Source: an uncultured Nitrospiraceae bacterium
Lineage (GTDB): Bacteria > Nitrospirota > Nitrospiria > Nitrospirales > Nitrospiraceae
Assembly (NCBI GenBank): GCA_963846575.1
Contig: CAWJWJ010000002.1
Span: forward strand, 480,001-544,000
Reading direction: 5' to 3'
Length of the DNA stretch: 64,000 nt
Each line of letters opens with the position of its first letter. The first letter of the stretch is position 1. The notes under the pieces were generated by a model, which saw only the letters and a list, made by a program, of their open reading frames with translations, ran no database searches and was not told the DNA's origin. The position numbers and the translations under genes were made by a program. Below are positions 60,617 to 64,000 of this stretch, piece after piece.

Positions 60617-61447
60617 ATGGAACAAGCTGGTGAAAAAGAACAAAAGGCCCAGACTGATTCCCCCGTTGGACAGGACGCGGATGAGTCTTTGACGGATCAG
60701 CTCTCTGACCAACTCGCAGCAGTCTCTGATCCATCCAATGCTGCCCAGGACCTTGTTGACCCGCTCCAAGAGGTTCCGCTTGAGGAAGAGCAGGTCAAAG
60801 ACGAGATCGATATTCAGATTGATCTTCTCAAGGATCCCGACTGGGTCGTCAGGAGAGAAGCCGCGATTACGCTCGGCGAAATGGGCGATGAGCGATGCGT
60901 GGAGCCACTTGCCAACGCACTTCGAGATGGCGATTGGCAGGTTCGAGAGGTAGCAATCGATGGCCTTGGTCAGATCGGGTCCCCGGCGGTTGAGGTACTT
61001 CTCAAGTTACTGCGCGATTGGGACGTACGTAAGTCCGCTATTTTGGCGTTAGGAAAGATTCGCGATGAAAGGGTCCTCGAGCCGCTCATGCAGCAGCTCC
61101 GCAATGATGAGTTTATGGAGGACGCCACCGATGCATTAGTGAACCTGGGTGAGCCATCCTTGCCTGGCTTAATCAAGGCTTTAAAGGACAAAGAGGAGTT
61201 GGTGCGGAAACAGGCGGTGATTGCATTGGGGCGGATTAAATCGCCCGAAGCTATAGATCCATTGATCGAAATGTTACAGAATAAAGACTGGTTTACTCGA
61301 TTAACGGCTGCCGCGGCGCTGGAAGCTATCGGTCATGAACGTGGTCGAGAGGCCATTAAGCCTCTGCTGAAAGATAGTGATATGGTAGTCAAGATGAGGG
61401 TTGAACGCATTCTCGCCAAGTGGAAAAAGCAGCCGGCTACCGTATAA
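60617..61447 (+). CDS. HEAT-repeat (PBS lyase-like) protein
   Basis: Repeated L.D.DW.VR..AA..LG units. Confidence 0.9.
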   Translation: MEQAGEKEQKAQTDSPVGQDADESLTDQLSDQLAAVSDPSNAAQDLVDPLQEVPLEEEQVKDEIDIQIDLLKDPDWVVRREAAITLGEMGDERCVEPLANALRDGDWQVREVAIDGLGQIGSPAVEVLLKLLRDWDVRKSAILALGKIRDERVLEPLMQQLRNDEFMEDATDALVNLGEPSLPGLIKALKDKEELVRKQAVIALGRIKSPEAIDPLIEMLQNKDWFTRLTAAAALEAIGHERGREAIKPLLKDSDMVVKMRVERILAKWKKQPATV

Positions 61448-61895
61448 AGCGGCCGTCACTTTTGGACAAATGCATTCAGGTCTTATTGACCTACTCAAGT
61501 TAGAAGGAAGCACTCTTTCCGGCCCGAGATAATTCAAGCTGCGGCTCTTTAAGTTTACGTATTAAAATCCTGCCCGTGCTGTGCAGTTATCTTTTCCTTA
61601 CCCGTGTGATAGTTTCCAGCGAATCACGGCTTCGTTTAATTCCGTCACAGTTTCTGTCAAATTCTTATGGAATGTTCAGCCTTCGCCTGTAGTGCTGGGC
61701 CTGTGACCACACGGCTGCAACTTACTCAAAACACTCCTGATTCAGATTGCGATTCCCACCATATGGGGGATAAATCCCTTACTGTTTGCTCCGGTCATTC
61801 GCCGGTTTTCTCCAGAGGAAGCCAGAGTCGTAGGTCAGCGAATAACACAAGCAGCCCCATACACCACACCTAAACATGGCAGGCTTTAGTCCTCC

Positions 61896-63302
61896 CTAGC
61901 GGACGCTGGCTGGTTTTGCCTTTCGTGATAGCACTTGGAAGAGACTTCCGGCTGAGGCGATACGGACGGCAGCATCCGAATCCTGTAGCCCCATTTTTAG
62001 GATTGGAACAGTGGAGTGAAGGCGTGCTTTGCCTAGTGCACGCGCGGCCATAAGCCGCGGGAGTGGTTGCTGGTCTTTAAGTAAGCCCTCCAGAATGGTG
62101 AGGGCATTCGGTGTCGTTGCGGCCGACAATGCCTGTGCCGTCCCTCCACGAATCGATGGATCAGGATGTCGAGCCAAGTCCGCAGCATTCAAAATCATGC
62201 TGTTATCACCCAAACGCAGGAGGGCTTCCACCGCATTGATGCGTACATGCTCGTCTGGGTCCTGTAGAAGAGGCTGAAGGATGCTGCGTGTTTCTGAAGC
62301 ACCCAGACGACCAAGGCTGGACGCGGCTACGGCACGAACGCGTGGATTATCGTCACTCACGGAATGCGTAAGAGGAGCAATGCCCTCAGCACTGCCAAAC
62401 TCACCTAAGGCTCCCGCTGCAAAGGCGCGAACAGCGGGGTGCGGATCGTACACCGCTTGACTGAGGGCGGATATACTGGACGGGCGGCGCAACCGGCCCA
62501 AGATGCCTACTGCAGCCATGCGCACTTCGGGATCCGGGAGGGTGGCGGCGCCGGTAATATCCGTCAGAACGTCCGCGCGCCCGAGTTTATACAATCCTGC
62601 GAAGGCAAAAATGGATTCCGGCCCTTCATCGACCCGTGCGATTTCAGTGAGCTGATCCGCAATGCTCGACACTTTGGCGTCACTGAGGGCATTAATGGCC
62701 GCGATACGGACGCCCGGCGCTTCGTCGCGGAGCGCTCTTCTCAATGCCGAGGAGCGCTCCGCCAAGCCGCTTCGACCAATTGCCTCCGCCGCGCGTGCAC
62801 GGACCAGTGCGGATGAATCCAGCAGGCCATCCTCCAAGATCGGCAGCGTGTCGCGCTCGCCCATTTCTGCCAGTGCTGTGTAGGCGGCAATGCGGATATA
62901 TTCCTGAGAGTCTCTCACTCGGGTGACGATAAAGCTTCGCGCGAGTTCCCGTAATAGGCCCACTTCATCGGGGTGATTTGCGGGGACAAGCGTGGGGTAT
63001 CGTTTCCATGCTGCCTCGGGCTTCCCGAGCTTCAATTCACTCAGGAGGGCATAACGCACCAATTCTCGACTGGGTTCCTTGTCGGCAGGGAGATTCTGCA
63101 GGAGCTGTAACACGCCGTCATATTCTCCGGATTGGTACCGGGTCATTGCCTGTCGCTCCAGCGGGATGAGAGTAGATTTTTGCGAAACAGGAGCTCCCGT
63201 CGCCTGGAAGGAATCGACGCATGTCAGAAGCAGTACTCCGGCGAGGAGAGTTCCGACCGTGAAGTAAGGCTGGCGCCAAGTCGCATGACTCCGAGGGATC
63301 AC
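61896..63302 (-). CDS. Exported HEAT-repeat protein
   Basis: Repeated L.D....VR..AA.ALG units; probable GTG start just after the glgP stop. Confidence 0.85.
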   Translation of the reverse strand: MIPRSHATWRQPYFTVGTLLAGVLLLTCVDSFQATGAPVSQKSTLIPLERQAMTRYQSGEYDGVLQLLQNLPADKEPSRELVRYALLSELKLGKPEAAWKRYPTLVPANHPDEVGLLRELARSFIVTRVRDSQEYIRIAAYTALAEMGERDTLPILEDGLLDSSALVRARAAEAIGRSGLAERSSALRRALRDEAPGVRIAAINALSDAKVSSIADQLTEIARVDEGPESIFAFAGLYKLGRADVLTDITGAATLPDPEVRMAAVGILGRLRRPSSISALSQAVYDPHPAVRAFAAGALGEFGSAEGIAPLTHSVSDDNPRVRAVAASSLGRLGASETRSILQPLLQDPDEHVRINAVEALLRLGDNSMILNAADLARHPDPSIRGGTAQALSAATTPNALTILEGLLKDQQPLPRLMAARALGKARLHSTVPILKMGLQDSDAAVRIASAGSLFQVLSRKAKPASVR

Positions 63303-63303
63303 A

Positions 63304-64000
63304 CTACCATTTGTTCGGAGTACGTGCGGTGGCGGGCGCATACAGATGCCTCATATATTCTTTGACCATGCGTTTCGTGCAGAAGCGAGGTGCGACGGTC
63401 TTGATGCTTTCCTTGACGATGTGAAGCCATCCCCTGGGAATGCCATCGAGATCCCGTTGATAAAACAATGGCACGACTTCTTGTTCTAGTAGACGGAACA
63501 ATTGTTCGGCATCGTGAGCGTCCTGTGCCTGGGTGTCCGCTTCCTCAGTGAGGGGCTGAATGCCCCACCCGTTGGCACCGTTGTACCCCTCCTGCCACCA
63601 GCCATCCAGTACGCTCAGGTTGATGACCCCGTTCAGCGCAGCTTTTTGTCCACTGGTTCCGCTGGCTTCGAGCGGGGCTCGGGGGGTATTGAGCCAGATG
63701 TCCACACCTTGAACGAGGTACTTCGCCATATGCATATCGTAGTCTTCTAGAAAGGCGATGTGTCCACCGATCTTGTGATCGGTACAGAAATTCAGGACTT
63801 CGTGGATGAAGTATCGGCCAGGTTCGTCGGCTGGATGCGCCTTACCGGCAAACACGATTTGGACGGGCCGCCATCGATTGTGAAGTAACTGTTTGAGGCG
63901 TTCGAGATCCCGGAACAGGAGCGTGGCTCGCTTGTACGTTGCAAAGCGTCGGGCAAATCCTATGGTAAGGGCTTCCGGGTCAAGGAGTGTTCCCCTGGCG
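63304..64000 (-). CDS. glgP: Alpha-glucan (glycogen) phosphorylase, 3' part
   Basis: [28 protein letters not shown] (PLP Lys), SVLDGWW; continues beyond the window. Confidence 0.95.
   Translation of the reverse strand, partial: ARGTLLDPEALTIGFARRFATYKRATLLFRDLERLKQLLHNRWRPVQIVFAGKAHPADEPGRYFIHEVLNFCTDHKIGGHIAFLEDYDMHMAKYLVQGVDIWLNTPRAPLEASGTSGQKAALNGVINLSVLDGWWQEGYNGANGWGIQPLTEEADTQAQDAHDAEQLFRLLEQEVVPLFYQRDLDGIPRGWLHIVKESIKTVAPRFCTKRMVKEYMRHLYAPATARTPNKW

Overview
GC-rich bacterial chromosome segment. The gene repertoire suggests Nitrospira (inference, not verified). Both flanks look like core genome. The left flank (1-17.9 kb) carries ald, tRNA-Pro(CGG), acyP, an RpoS-like sigma factor, apt, dksA-like, queC, cytochrome c, SPFH, malQ and an NtrB/NtrC-type pair. 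The right flank (47.9-64 kb) carries an FAD oxidoreductase, two MFS pumps, a GldA/F/G-DUF4340 ABC module, rlpA, HEAT-repeat proteins and the 3' part of glgP. Between them lies a ~29 kb accessory zone ending at tRNA-Arg(CCT) (47046-47122, minus strand). Its right part (32808-47090) is a stack of three tandem tRNA-integrated islands bounded by four copies of the tRNA 3' end, which diverge more with distance from the tRNA. The youngest island has an RHH / Rep_trans / Xis / tyrosine-integrase core with a nick-site-like hairpin. Its cargo is a YqcI/YcgG + DUF1989 pair and a 4xPAS hybrid kinase. It also contains relic att ends from other tRNAs (Val-CAC-like and fMet-like), each followed by an 11-bp-period arm repeat. 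The left part of the accessory zone (17.9-32.8 kb) holds a Crp/Fnr regulator, many very small proteins, several pseudogenes and a KaiC-like ATPase + hybrid kinase pair. It also has four copies of a TGAGCA-N4-TGAYCAG motif, each at class-II (-41.5) spacing from a -10-like hexamer. No CRISPR array or rRNA was seen.
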